From Shewanellaceae bacterium UBA2521 (GTDB lineage: Bacteria > Pseudomonadota > Gammaproteobacteria > Enterobacterales > Shewanellaceae), in the NCBI GenBank assembly GCA_002341165.1, contig DDNL01000049.1:10891-42890 (forward strand): a DNA stretch of 32,000 nucleotides. The letters run 5' to 3'. Below, piece after piece: positions 9,656 to 18,461 of the stretch. Position numbers and translations under genes: made by a program. Each line of letters opens with the position of its first letter. Within the stretch, counting starts at the first letter, position 1. The notes under the pieces are model-generated. The model was not told the origin of the DNA. It saw nothing but the letters and a program-made list of their open reading frames with translations, and searched no databases.

Positions 9656-9739
9656 AACTACCTCATAAACAACACCAACAGGTATACACCTTTGAGCTTC
9701 CTGATGCCAAGTGTATAACTTATAACTAAGATTTATAGA

Positions 9740-9754
9740 GCAAAGAACGTGCCA
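9740..9754 (-). promoter_or_regulatory. Sigma-54 promoter for fliK (fliK-flhB operon)
   Basis: The minus strand reads TGGCAC-GTTCT-TTGCT, a perfect match to TGGCAC-N5-TTGC. It lies 2 nt after the fliJ stop and about 85 nt upstream of the fliK ATG. fliK is a sigma-54/FlrC class III gene in Vibrio. Confidence 0.75.
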
Positions 9755-9755
9755 G

Positions 9756-10211
9756 TCATCGCTTTTTTGATCTGCGGCTTTGGTACTGTAATGTTACAAA
9801 CTCATCTTGTAACGTTTGCTCATAGTGCTCATCTTGCAAAAACTGTGCATCTCTTTGTTTGTCTGCCAACATTTCAAAAGCTTTACACTTTTGATGCAAA
9901 GCTTGCCAAATATCTAGAGCCTGCTTCAGGTGCTGTTCCACTTGAGGCATAGCATCCTGTTGTTTTACAATGGCTTGATCGATCTGATGAAGAAATTGAT
10001 GATAGCTTTGATAATGTCCCACATTCAAAGTACCACCTCGTTGTTGCTTCTGATTGAACTCATCCATGTACTCTTTACGATAGTGATACAAGGCTTCGAG
10101 CTGTTGCTTGTGTTGACTAACAAATAAACGTGCTTGCTTCACTTGAAGTAGAGCTTTCTCTTCTCTTTCTTTGGCTAAATCATAGAGTTGCTCTATCTGT
10201 TCTGGTGTCAC
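9756..10211 (-). CDS. fliJ: Flagellar export chaperone/stalk protein FliJ
   Basis: A 151-aa all-helical coiled-coil protein rich in Q/E/K, immediately after fliI. The GTG start forms a GTGA overlap with the fliI stop. The call rests on position and composition. Confidence 0.8.
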   Translation of the reverse strand: MTPEQIEQLYDLAKEREEKALLQVKQARLFVSQHKQQLEALYHYRKEYMDEFNQKQQRGGTLNVGHYQSYHQFLHQIDQAIVKQQDAMPQVEQHLKQALDIWQALHQKCKAFEMLADKQRDAQFLQDEHYEQTLQDEFVTLQYQSRRSKKR

Positions 10212-11554
10212 TGTGGTCTACCTAAGCGGCACTTTTTCGCCAAGACTTCTAATGCCTCATGACTTTCTTCTATATTAAACACATCATCCATACTTTGCTG
10301 TAAGTACTCATTGACAAAAGGAAACATTTTTATAGCATGATCAACACGTGGATCGCTCCCCGCTACATAAGCACCGATACTGATCAGGTCACGATTTTTT
10401 TCATATAAAGCTCTTGAAGTTCTGACATCTCGTACAAACCTTTGATGCTTAGCAGAGGTGACCATGGGCAACAAACGAGAGATAGAAGCTTCTAAGTCTA
10501 TAGCAGGATAATGTCCCGACTCAGCTAGATCACGATTTAAGTAAATATGACCATCTAAAATAGCACGCGCTGCATCGGCAATCGGATCCAGACGTACATC
10601 GCCTTCAATCAATACGGTATAAAAAGCGGTAATGGAGCCTCGCCCTAAATCGCCCTGACCTGCGCGCTCGATCAACTTAGGAAGTTTGGCAAAGACAGAG
10701 GGAGGATAGCCTTTTGTCGCGGGTGGCTCACCTGCTGCTAAAGCCACTTCACGCTGCGCTTGAGAATAGCGCGTTAAGCTGTCCATCAAGAGGAGTACAT
10801 CTTTACCTTGATCACGAAAATATTCTGCAATCATCGTCGCTGTCTCACAAGATCGCAACCGCATCAGGGGCGATGTGTCAGCAGGAGAGGTCACCACAAC
10901 AGAGCGAGCCAAACCTTTTTTACCTAAACTCTCTTCAATAAACTCTTTTACTTCTCGACCCCGTTCTCCCACAAGGCACACTACAACGACATCAGCTTCT
11001 GTGCCTCGTGTCATCATGCCAAGCAATACACTTTTACCGACTCCAGACTGGGCAAACAAGCCCATACGTTGACCTTTACCTATGGTAAGTAAACTATTGA
11101 TAGCACGCACACCTACATCTAAAGGCTCTTCAATTTTCTGGCGTGTTAAAGGGTTGAGAATCACTTGAGTACGCACCATAGACTCGGTGGCTTTGAGTAC
11201 ACCTTTGCCATCTAAAGGCAAACCATTACCATCTAAAACACGTCCTAAAACTCCTTTACCTACATAAATCTGTTGCTGTTGCTTGGAAGGGCGCACTCTA
11301 GCACCTGGCAAAACACCATAAATATCTTCTATAGGCATAAGATAGAGCACATCATCGTCAAAACCTATCACTTCAGCGCTGTACCAACCTTGAGCTGTTT
11401 CTACTTCGCATAAACTACCAAGCGGTGATGCGCAGCCTTTGGCTTCAAAAGTCAATCCAACAACGCGAATCAGTTGTCCTGAAGCTTCAGTTTTTACATT
11501 GCTTGAGCTTTCTATCAGCCGATCAAGAGTTTCATTGAGCTGCTTGAGTTTCAT
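10208..11554 (-). CDS. fliI: Flagellum-specific ATPase FliI
   Basis: Walker A is GLFAQSGVGKSVLLGMM and Walker B is DVLLLMDSLTRYSQAQRE. It is a full-length F1/T3SS ATPase homologue of 448 aa. Confidence 0.97.
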   Translation of the reverse strand: MKLKQLNETLDRLIESSSNVKTEASGQLIRVVGLTFEAKGCASPLGSLCEVETAQGWYSAEVIGFDDDVLYLMPIEDIYGVLPGARVRPSKQQQQIYVGKGVLGRVLDGNGLPLDGKGVLKATESMVRTQVILNPLTRQKIEEPLDVGVRAINSLLTIGKGQRMGLFAQSGVGKSVLLGMMTRGTEADVVVVCLVGERGREVKEFIEESLGKKGLARSVVVTSPADTSPLMRLRSCETATMIAEYFRDQGKDVLLLMDSLTRYSQAQREVALAAGEPPATKGYPPSVFAKLPKLIERAGQGDLGRGSITAFYTVLIEGDVRLDPIADAARAILDGHIYLNRDLAESGHYPAIDLEASISRLLPMVTSAKHQRFVRDVRTSRALYEKNRDLISIGAYVAGSDPRVDHAIKMFPFVNEYLQQSMDDVFNIEESHEALEVLAKKCRLGRPQ

Positions 11555-11557
11555 ACT

Positions 11558-12529
11558 TTATTCCTGTGAAGGTTCTGTTTCATCTGATGTAGCTAACGCC
11601 TGCTCTACATCTTGTGGCGCAGCCTCATCATCAACAGATTCTGCTAAAGCTTCAGGTAAGACTTGTTCTGGATCTGGTTCAGATGTTATGTCCTCATCTT
11701 CATGTGCATGATAATCGCCCACTGGAGCATCTTTTAAATTTTCTAGATCTTCAAAAACCTTTTGAATACGCTTTTCCAGCGTTAAATCAATATGAGAATA
11801 ATCCGTTTCAATACGTAACTCACCTCGCGTTAAGCTCGTATCTGACTCAAGAAGCCATTGACGCTCTTCGCGCTCATGCGCATCATATAAACGCTCAACC
11901 AACTCAATATCTTCTGGGTTCAAATATAATTTAATCTTATGATGGTTAGCGGGTAAAGCTTCAATCCCTAAACGAATTGCAGATAAAATATGTTCTGGGT
12001 GAGCTTTCAACTCATTCATAATGACACTTTTAGACAAGAGAGACACCAACTGCAAAAGCTGATTTTCGGTTTCTGCATTGATATTGTGCAAAGGCTCTTT
12101 TATTTGATGCATCAATTGTTCAAATTGCGATAGAAAAGCATCAGCTTTCACTAAACCTTCTGCTATTCCCTGTTCAAGCCCTGTTTTCAAACCTTCTTCA
12201 CGTCCTTGCTCTTGCCCCGCTTGCGTACCTTCTTGAAGTCCTTTATTGAATCCTTCTTGCTGACCTTCTTTAAACCCCTCTTGATAAGCTTCTCGCCTTA
12301 TTGCTTCTATTTCTTCAAGCGTTGGAGGTACAGGCTCTTCATCTACGATATACTCTTGCGGCTCAAAATTATGATTGAATGCATTATTTAAAATCAACGC
12401 ATCATTTTCTGTCATACGAGGTACTTTCCAAGTTTCTAAACCTACCAAACGGTCACCGGCCATAGGTTGACCTAATGCAAAGTTTTGGTTGTCTTCATCA
12501 AGTTCCTTGAACTCTTTCTCTTTACTCAT
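11558..12529 (-). CDS. fliH: Flagellar assembly protein FliH (ATPase regulator)
   Basis: Carries the characteristic FliH AxxxG-type repeat region EAYQEGFKEGQQEGFNKGLQEGTQAGQEQGREEGLKTGLEQGIAEGL. It lies between fliG and fliI and has an ATGA overlap with the fliG stop. The termini are acidic and extended (323 aa). Confidence 0.88.
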   Translation of the reverse strand: MSKEKEFKELDEDNQNFALGQPMAGDRLVGLETWKVPRMTENDALILNNAFNHNFEPQEYIVDEEPVPPTLEEIEAIRREAYQEGFKEGQQEGFNKGLQEGTQAGQEQGREEGLKTGLEQGIAEGLVKADAFLSQFEQLMHQIKEPLHNINAETENQLLQLVSLLSKSVIMNELKAHPEHILSAIRLGIEALPANHHKIKLYLNPEDIELVERLYDAHEREERQWLLESDTSLTRGELRIETDYSHIDLTLEKRIQKVFEDLENLKDAPVGDYHAHEDEDITSEPDPEQVLPEALAESVDDEAAPQDVEQALATSDETEPSQE

Positions 12530-13593
12530 CAGACATACTCCTCACTACCTTGTTTACCAAGTGTGATTTCATCTTTATCTGCCATAGCACGAGCGATACC
12601 TACAATTTCTTTTTGAGCCGACTCTACTTCAACAAGCTTCACCGGCCCCATAGTCTCGAGGTCATCACGCATCATTTCTGCTGCACGGCCCGACATATTC
12701 CCTAAGAGTTTTTCTCTGAGCGCATCATCTGCACCTTTAAGAGCGACTTTAAGTACATCAGCGTCAATATTGCGTAGCACAACTTGCAAGCTTATATCGG
12801 GCACTTCAATGAGATCTTCAAAAATAAACATAAGCTCTTGAATCTCGACAGCCACTTCAGGATCAACTTCTTTCAGCCACTCGGTTAATCTGGTTTCGAC
12901 TGAAGAGTCCAAGAAGTTCATAATATTGGCTGCAGTTTGTAAGCCGCCGAGTTTTGTTGCCTGTGCACTGGTTTGTCCAGCGAACTGCTTCTCCATAATT
13001 TCGTTCAATTCAGCCAATGCCGATGGATGCACTTCTTCTAAATATGCAATACGCATCATTAAATCAAGCTGCACATTCTCAGGAATCAAGCTGAACACTT
13101 TAGCTGACTGCTCAGGATCAAGATAAGATAAAACAATAGTTTGAATTTGAGGGTGCTCGTTCAAAATAATAGTGGTAACTTGTCTTGCATCCATCCAACG
13201 CAAGGTATCCATACCTTTTGCACCTTTACCTTGAGCAATTTGCTCAAGGATACTTCCAGCTTTATCAACACCTAAAGCAGCAATCAAGGCTTTTTGTAGG
13301 AAATCTTGCGAATTTAAACCAATAGAAGAATAGGTTTGAATTTGTTCAAGAAACAAACGGTATACAGCCGAAGCTTTCTCTTGTGTTACATCGACTAAAT
13401 TCATCATTTCCAAGCTCACCCCTTGAACTTGACGGGGTTCGAGCGCTTTCAAAATAGTCGATGTGCCATCTTCTGTAAGACTGAGTAATAAAATAGCTGT
13501 TTTTTCAACGCCTGAGAGCAGCGATACGTCATATTCCTCAGACTCGACTTCTTCTGCTTCTTCCTTTTTATCAGCATTTTTATCATCAGCCAT
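12529..13593 (-). CDS. fliG: Flagellar motor switch protein FliG
   Basis: Contains GVEKTAILLLSL...; the C-terminal torque-helix region reads AVEIQELMFIFEDL...MSGRAAEMMRDDLETMGPVKLVEVESAQKEIV. Typical FliG with an acidic N-terminal extension. Confidence 0.96.
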   Translation of the reverse strand: MADDKNADKKEEAEEVESEEYDVSLLSGVEKTAILLLSLTEDGTSTILKALEPRQVQGVSLEMMNLVDVTQEKASAVYRLFLEQIQTYSSIGLNSQDFLQKALIAALGVDKAGSILEQIAQGKGAKGMDTLRWMDARQVTTIILNEHPQIQTIVLSYLDPEQSAKVFSLIPENVQLDLMMRIAYLEEVHPSALAELNEIMEKQFAGQTSAQATKLGGLQTAANIMNFLDSSVETRLTEWLKEVDPEVAVEIQELMFIFEDLIEVPDISLQVVLRNIDADVLKVALKGADDALREKLLGNMSGRAAEMMRDDLETMGPVKLVEVESAQKEIVGIARAMADKDEITLGKQGSEEYV

Positions 13594-13613
13594 AGCTTAT
13601 CCTATTCGCGTCC

Positions 13614-15506
13614 TTACTTCACTGAATCTTCTTCTAACCAAATTTTAACCACTTGAACAGCTAAATCAGGTTCATTTTCAACAAGAGATCGAATCGCCTG
13701 TAGCATTTCATCTTCTTTCTTCATTTCTGGAACTTGTATTGAGCCATCTTCAGCATAAGAGTACTGGGCAATCCCATCTTCTAAGCCGAAGGAGTCGTTT
13801 GCAAAGTCATCTTCCGCACCTGCAACATTTTTATCATCTTCGTCTTCATCTATGCTCATGAGACGATTAATCAGCGGTCTCAAGACAGCAAAAATAAAGG
13901 CAAGAACACATAAGAGTGCGACACCTAGCTCCACCGCACTCCAGAAATAATCCGTTTCCCAGAAAGGCAACTGTGGGAACTTCTCAGGTATAGGCTCCAT
14001 AAAGCGTACGTTCACGACTTCGAGCACATCACCTCTTGATTCAGAAAAACCAATAGCACCTTCAAGTAAACGTCGAATACTTAATAATTCAGCTTCGGTT
14101 CGCGGTATTCTTTCATAAACAACTTCAGGCTCAAAAACCACCTCTTCTGCTGAATCAGATTCAGACTCAGATTCAGCATCATCACCTTCGGCTGCAGGAT
14201 CTTTCGCCGGAGCAACTTTTTTATCCTCTGGTTTAGGTTGAGCGGGCTCCTCGGGTATCACTTCTATATTTTTATAGTTCACAGCCACTGAAACACTTAC
14301 ACGTCTGACTACACCAATTTGTTGGCGTGTATGGTTAATCGTGGTATCCAGCTCATAATTACGGGTTGCTTCTGAGTGACTGCTCTGAGGATGATTTTGC
14401 TTATCTCCACCCTGACGTGCTACTTCTGGAATATTAGACTCCATAGGAGGCTGATTGGTTAAAGCACCTGGAATACCAGCAACAGCACTGCCTTTATTAT
14501 GATTTTCGACCACCATTTCGCTTCGAATAGCTGGTGTATCAGGATTATAACGTTTTGAAGTTTGTTCAACTGAAGTGAAATCCATCATCACATCAACCTG
14601 AGCAATAAATTCCTTACGTCCGAGTACTGGAAGTAAGATACTGTCAATCTTATCCATATACTCATTTTCTTTTTGTTTAACCAGCTCAAGTTCTCGACGT
14701 GCACGAGCAGACAGTAAATCTTGTGAGCCTGAATTTAATAAACGACCAAATTGATCCGTGACGGTAATACGCATCGGATCAAGCCCTTGAACAGCCGAGG
14801 CTACAATATCGACTACAGCATCGATCTCTTCTTGCGGCAATGTATCGGTATTTTTGAGGTTAATTACTACGGTAGCACTGGTATGTTCTTTTTCGCGAGC
14901 AAAAATATTTTGCTGTGGTAATGCTAAAATGACTTTAGCACGTTTAACGTTTTTCAGTTCTTCAATGGTCACTGCAAGATTTTGTTCTTGCTCAAACTTT
15001 AATCTTGCTGTTTCAAGCTGTTGACTGACACCAAAGCCACTGTCTTTTTTGAGATAACTCTCTCTTTTCTCACCTTTTACACTAATGCCTTCTCGAGCAA
15101 GTAGAAGGCGTATTTCTTGTAATTGATCTTCATCAACACTTAATACGTTGTGTTTGAGCTCATATTCATATTCATGTTTTTCGAGTAAATCTAAAACTGG
15201 AATCATTTCTTCCATTTCAAGTTTGACGATAGGCCGCATCTCAGGTTGGCTGAGCCAACTGATCACCATCACACTAAGAACTAAAGAAACGAACAAAACG
15301 ATGATCATCGCCAATTGCTTTAAGGTATCTTGACTTTCAAAGAAACCTTTTGGCTCATCAATATAAGTGTCGACTCCTGTAAGATCAACATCAACAGTAT
15401 CTTCTAAATCACCAGACTCACCAAAATCACCGTCCAGATCAAGCTCTACAGGATCAGCTGCTTCATCTTTTGCTTCTGGTTTAGAGGCCTCTTTTTCATC
15501 AGCCAT
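13614..15506 (-). CDS. fliF: Flagellar MS-ring protein FliF (630 aa)
   Basis: Contains the YscJ/FliF family core (LLLAREGISVKGE...LETARLKFEQEQNLAVTIEEL...AKVILALPQQNIFAREKEHTSATVVINL) and two TM segments. It also has acidic inserts (AEGDDAESESESDSAEE). Confidence 0.95.
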   Translation of the reverse strand: MADEKEASKPEAKDEAADPVELDLDGDFGESGDLEDTVDVDLTGVDTYIDEPKGFFESQDTLKQLAMIIVLFVSLVLSVMVISWLSQPEMRPIVKLEMEEMIPVLDLLEKHEYEYELKHNVLSVDEDQLQEIRLLLAREGISVKGEKRESYLKKDSGFGVSQQLETARLKFEQEQNLAVTIEELKNVKRAKVILALPQQNIFAREKEHTSATVVINLKNTDTLPQEEIDAVVDIVASAVQGLDPMRITVTDQFGRLLNSGSQDLLSARARRELELVKQKENEYMDKIDSILLPVLGRKEFIAQVDVMMDFTSVEQTSKRYNPDTPAIRSEMVVENHNKGSAVAGIPGALTNQPPMESNIPEVARQGGDKQNHPQSSHSEATRNYELDTTINHTRQQIGVVRRVSVSVAVNYKNIEVIPEEPAQPKPEDKKVAPAKDPAAEGDDAESESESDSAEEVVFEPEVVYERIPRTEAELLSIRRLLEGAIGFSESRGDVLEVVNVRFMEPIPEKFPQLPFWETDYFWSAVELGVALLCVLAFIFAVLRPLINRLMSIDEDEDDKNVAGAEDDFANDSFGLEDGIAQYSYAEDGSIQVPEMKKEDEMLQAIRSLVENEPDLAVQVVKIWLEEDSVK

Positions 15507-15532
15507 TTAGCATCCTTCATCCTGAATGAATT

Positions 15533-15859
15533 TTAAATGGGCATACTCATAATACTTTTATATGCTTCAACAAATTTATTGCGCACTTCCATGGTTGCCG
15601 AAAAAGCCACGCTTGCTTTTTCTCGAGCAATCACAGTATCGGATAAAGTCACTTTGCTGTCACCCATATCCAGTCTTGTTGATAAATCCGAAGAAGTGGC
15701 TTGCAACTTTCTGACATGCCCGATAGCCTGAGAAAGTAGTGAAGTAAAATCCATTCCTGTCGCATTTTTCACAGGGTTAGATCGAACAGAGTTAAATGGA
15801 GAAATCCCGGATAAATGAGATTTCATCTCTTGTATTAATTCATTTTTAAATAATTCCAT
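15533..15859 (-). CDS. fliE: Flagellar hook-basal body complex protein FliE
   Basis: 108 aa with the C-terminal MEVRNKFVEAYKSIMSMPI, the FliE signature. GGAGAA Shine-Dalgarno upstream. First gene of the fliE-J operon. Confidence 0.93.
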   Translation of the reverse strand: MELFKNELIQEMKSHLSGISPFNSVRSNPVKNATGMDFTSLLSQAIGHVRKLQATSSDLSTRLDMGDSKVTLSDTVIAREKASVAFSATMEVRNKFVEAYKSIMSMPI

Positions 15860-15934
15860 GATGTTCTCCGTAGATCAGAGCACGAATAATAAGCCATATA
15901 TTTGACGGTATGCGCCAACCCTTCCTCATAACCT

Positions 15935-15949
15935 GCAATTTTCTTGCCA
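15935..15949 (-). promoter_or_regulatory. Sigma-54 promoter for the fliEFGHIJ operon
   Basis: The minus strand reads TGGCAA-GAAAA-TTGCA with correct GG-N10-GC spacing, about 75 nt upstream of the fliE ATG and just downstream of the flrC terminator. Confidence 0.65.
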
Positions 15950-15959
15950 AATTCATCTC

Positions 15960-15988
15960 AAAAAAAAATAGAAGCCTTCAAGCTTCTA
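15960..15988 (-). terminator. Rho-independent terminator of flrBC
   Basis: The minus strand reads TAGAAGC-ttgaag-GCTTCTA followed by T8, 30 nt after the flrC stop codon. Confidence 0.7.
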
Positions 15989-16017
15989 TTTCTGAGTAAA
16001 AACACGGGCTCTATTTT

Positions 16018-17361
16018 TTATGATTGAGGTACTTTTATACCTAACTCACGCATGCTCGCCAACTTATATCTCAACGTTCTGGTACTGATACCAAGCTTCT
16101 CTGCTACATCTTTACGACGGCCATCACACTGGTTCAGTGCATCAAGAATAAGTTGATACTCTTGTGTGCGCATAGACTCATTTAATGTGCCTTCTTTTTT
16201 TATTGCTTCTGAGTTTGTGCTGATTTCATCTTGCGGTTGAGCTTCGGTTTCAGAAGCATCTTCAAGAACAATATCTTGTGCTTGTAAGGTGCTTTGATGA
16301 GATAGAATCAATGCCCTTTGCATCACATTCTCAAGTTCTCGCACATTCCCCGTCCAATGATAATGAATAAGCTTTTTCTCAGCTTCAGTTGAAAGCGTGA
16401 TCGGCTTTTGCGCATAAAGCTTCAGGAAGAAATGAGCTAAAGGTAAAATATCTTTAGCCCGTTGAGACAAGGCGGGCAAATTTAGAGGAAATACATTTAG
16501 ACGGTAGTATAAGTCTTCTCGAAACTGATGCTCAGCAACACATGCCTTCAGATCACGGTTCGAGGTTGCCAGTACGCGTACATTCAACTCAATCGTTTTA
16601 CGGCTGCCTAAACGCTCTACCTCTTTTTCTTGTAAAACACGTAATAACTTTGCCTGTAGACCCAAATCCATTTCTGAAATTTCATCTAAAAGCAAAGTAC
16701 CTCCTTGAGCTTGTTCAAACTTACCAGGACAGCCTTGATGCGCTCCAGTATAAGCACCCTTTTCATAGCCAAACAAAGTTGCCTCTAACATGTTCTCAGG
16801 AATCGCAGCACAGTTGATCGCAATGAAAGGAGCTTTATGGCGTGCTGAATATCTATGAATATAATGCGCTAAAACTTCTTTACCCGAACCACTTGGACCA
16901 CAAATCATCACTGAAGCATCTGACTGCGCAACACGCTTTGCTAAATCAAAAAGCTCTATACTTTTCGGATCAGCAGCAATCACATCTTGCTCTTGAGGCT
17001 GTGATATCATATACCTAGACACTTGATTTAATAAGACTTGAGGAGAAAAAGGCTTTGCCAAGTAATCCACCGCACCTTGTTTAATAGCGCTCACCGCTTT
17101 ATCAACTTCAGCATAGGCTGTCATCAATAACACAGGTATATGAGGCATATTCTGCTGGATATAATGGAGTAAACCCAATCCATCCATACCTTCCATCTGC
17201 ACATCAGACACCACTAAATCAACCGACTTTTTTTTCAATATCAAAATCGCAGATTCAGCGCTATCTGCCTGCAAACAATCAATTTGAGCCAAAGTTAAAG
17301 TATCAACCAACGCTTCAAGTAAAGCGCGATCATCTTCAACAATGAGAATGCGATGCTTCAT
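16018..17361 (-). CDS. flrC: Sigma-54-dependent flagellar response regulator FlrC/FleR (REC-AAA+-HTH)
   Basis: REC domain (ILIVEDD...DLVVSDVQM...KPF), AAA+ domain with Walker A GPSGSGKE and the sigma-54 contact loop EKGAYTGA, and a C-terminal Fis-type HTH. I prefer the ATG at 17361 (MKHRILIVEDD), which has a GGAG SD 7 nt upstream. The track's GTG at 17376 is the longest ORF. Confidence 0.93.
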   Translation of the reverse strand: MKHRILIVEDDRALLEALVDTLTLAQIDCLQADSAESAILILKKKSVDLVVSDVQMEGMDGLGLLHYIQQNMPHIPVLLMTAYAEVDKAVSAIKQGAVDYLAKPFSPQVLLNQVSRYMISQPQEQDVIAADPKSIELFDLAKRVAQSDASVMICGPSGSGKEVLAHYIHRYSARHKAPFIAINCAAIPENMLEATLFGYEKGAYTGAHQGCPGKFEQAQGGTLLLDEISEMDLGLQAKLLRVLQEKEVERLGSRKTIELNVRVLATSNRDLKACVAEHQFREDLYYRLNVFPLNLPALSQRAKDILPLAHFFLKLYAQKPITLSTEAEKKLIHYHWTGNVRELENVMQRALILSHQSTLQAQDIVLEDASETEAQPQDEISTNSEAIKKEGTLNESMRTQEYQLILDALNQCDGRRKDVAEKLGISTRTLRYKLASMRELGIKVPQS

Positions 17362-18400
17362 TTGAGTCTCCTTCACCGCAAATTTTAGGAAAATTTAATG
17401 CAACTTGACAACCTTGTTCTAACTCACTTGATAAAATGAGTTCACCACCATGATGGCGCATCACTTTTTGTACAACAGCTAAGCCAAGACCTGTACCATA
17501 GCTTTTACTCGTATAAAAAGGTTGAACAACCTGCTCTGTTAATTTTTGGTCGAAACCACAACCATTGTCTTCAATCGATAATACAAATGTTTTGTCTTCT
17601 GACGACAGGTTCACTTTAATTTTAGAAGCTTTTGCTTCAATCGCATTCATAAGTAAATTATTAAGAACAGAGCTCAGCGCATGAGCATGACCTAAGACTT
17701 CACTTAAAGTACTCATCTCAACTTGAATCTCAATACCCGAACGCTTGAGCATAGGCTGTACAACTTCAACAGACATTTCAATCACATCTGCTAAGCAAAT
17801 GGACTCTAAAGGTAAGCGTTGATCTTGTGCAAAAGCTAATAAATCATTGACTTGCACTTCAAGATCATTGAGTCTTTGCATCAGTTTACTTTGGAATTTT
17901 TTCTTATCTGATACTTTTAATTTTTGATTTGCCAAGTGTGAAGCATAAAGCAGTGCAGCACTCAAAGGTGTACGTATTTGATGCGCCAGAGTAGCAATCA
18001 TTTCTCCTAAAGCGGAAAGGCGTTGTAAATGGGCAATTTTTTGTTGAAGATGCCGAGTTTCGGTTAAATCTGTCAGAACAATGAGCTCACCCATTTTATT
18101 ATCAAGAGGTGTTAAAGATATTTTGACACGACGTCCATCTTTTAATGACACCTCGTGTCCATCATCTTCTTTCGGTGAAAAGGAACGCTCAATCACTTTA
18201 ATCCAAGGTAATGCAACTAAAGGCTCTCCAAGTAACAAAGCAGCATTGCCATTCGCATCAACAATTAGACCTTGGCTATCGAGAATCACAACACCTGTAG
18301 GCATGGCGTGCAATAAAGCCTTAAGACGATTGCTTTGGATTAATCTTTCTTTCTGCGGCAAAAGCGCATCGACCCAAGTATCTAGTGATGGTAAAGACAT
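17336..18400 (-). CDS. flrB: Cytoplasmic PAS histidine kinase FlrB/FleS
   Basis: No TM segments. It has a PAS-like N-terminal region, the H-box LAHQIRTPLSAA, and HATPase N and G boxes (LLMNAIEA, DNGCGF, GTGLGLAVV). It overlaps the flrC start by 26 nt. Confidence 0.92.
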   Translation of the reverse strand: MSLPSLDTWVDALLPQKERLIQSNRLKALLHAMPTGVVILDSQGLIVDANGNAALLLGEPLVALPWIKVIERSFSPKEDDGHEVSLKDGRRVKISLTPLDNKMGELIVLTDLTETRHLQQKIAHLQRLSALGEMIATLAHQIRTPLSAALLYASHLANQKLKVSDKKKFQSKLMQRLNDLEVQVNDLLAFAQDQRLPLESICLADVIEMSVEVVQPMLKRSGIEIQVEMSTLSEVLGHAHALSSVLNNLLMNAIEAKASKIKVNLSSEDKTFVLSIEDNGCGFDQKLTEQVVQPFYTSKSYGTGLGLAVVQKVMRHHGGELILSSELEQGCQVALNFPKICGEGDSNEASHSHC

Positions 18401-18438
18401 TCAGTTCCTTGAATTGCAAGTATCCACGGGATAAAGAC

Positions 18439-18454
18439 TGCAAAACCTATTCCA
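18439..18454 (-). promoter_or_regulatory. Sigma-54 promoter candidate for flrBC
   Basis: The minus strand reads TGGAAT-AGGTT-TTGCA with correct GG-N10-GC spacing. It starts 7 nt after the ureohydrolase stop and its -12 end lies 38 nt upstream of the flrB ATG. flrBC is FlrA/sigma-54 class II in Vibrio. Confidence 0.5.
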
Positions 18455-18461
18455 AATGACT

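Noticed and set aside
7678-9657. A series of plus-strand ORFs of 65-100 aa (7678-7962, 8304-8501, 8502-8699, 9125-9427, 9355-9657) with Ser/Cys/Leu-rich products
   Set aside because: All are antisense to the E/Q/D-rich fliK ruler region. GAA, CAA and GAT codons read backwards lack stops and give S/C/L-rich shadow frames. None has a start context or motifs.
9696-9709. A second sigma-54-like box, TGGCAT-caggaa-GC, upstream of fliK
   Set aside because: GG and GC are separated by 9 nt rather than the required 10. A perfect, correctly spaced TGGCAC-N5-TTGC lies 40 nt upstream at 9740-9754.
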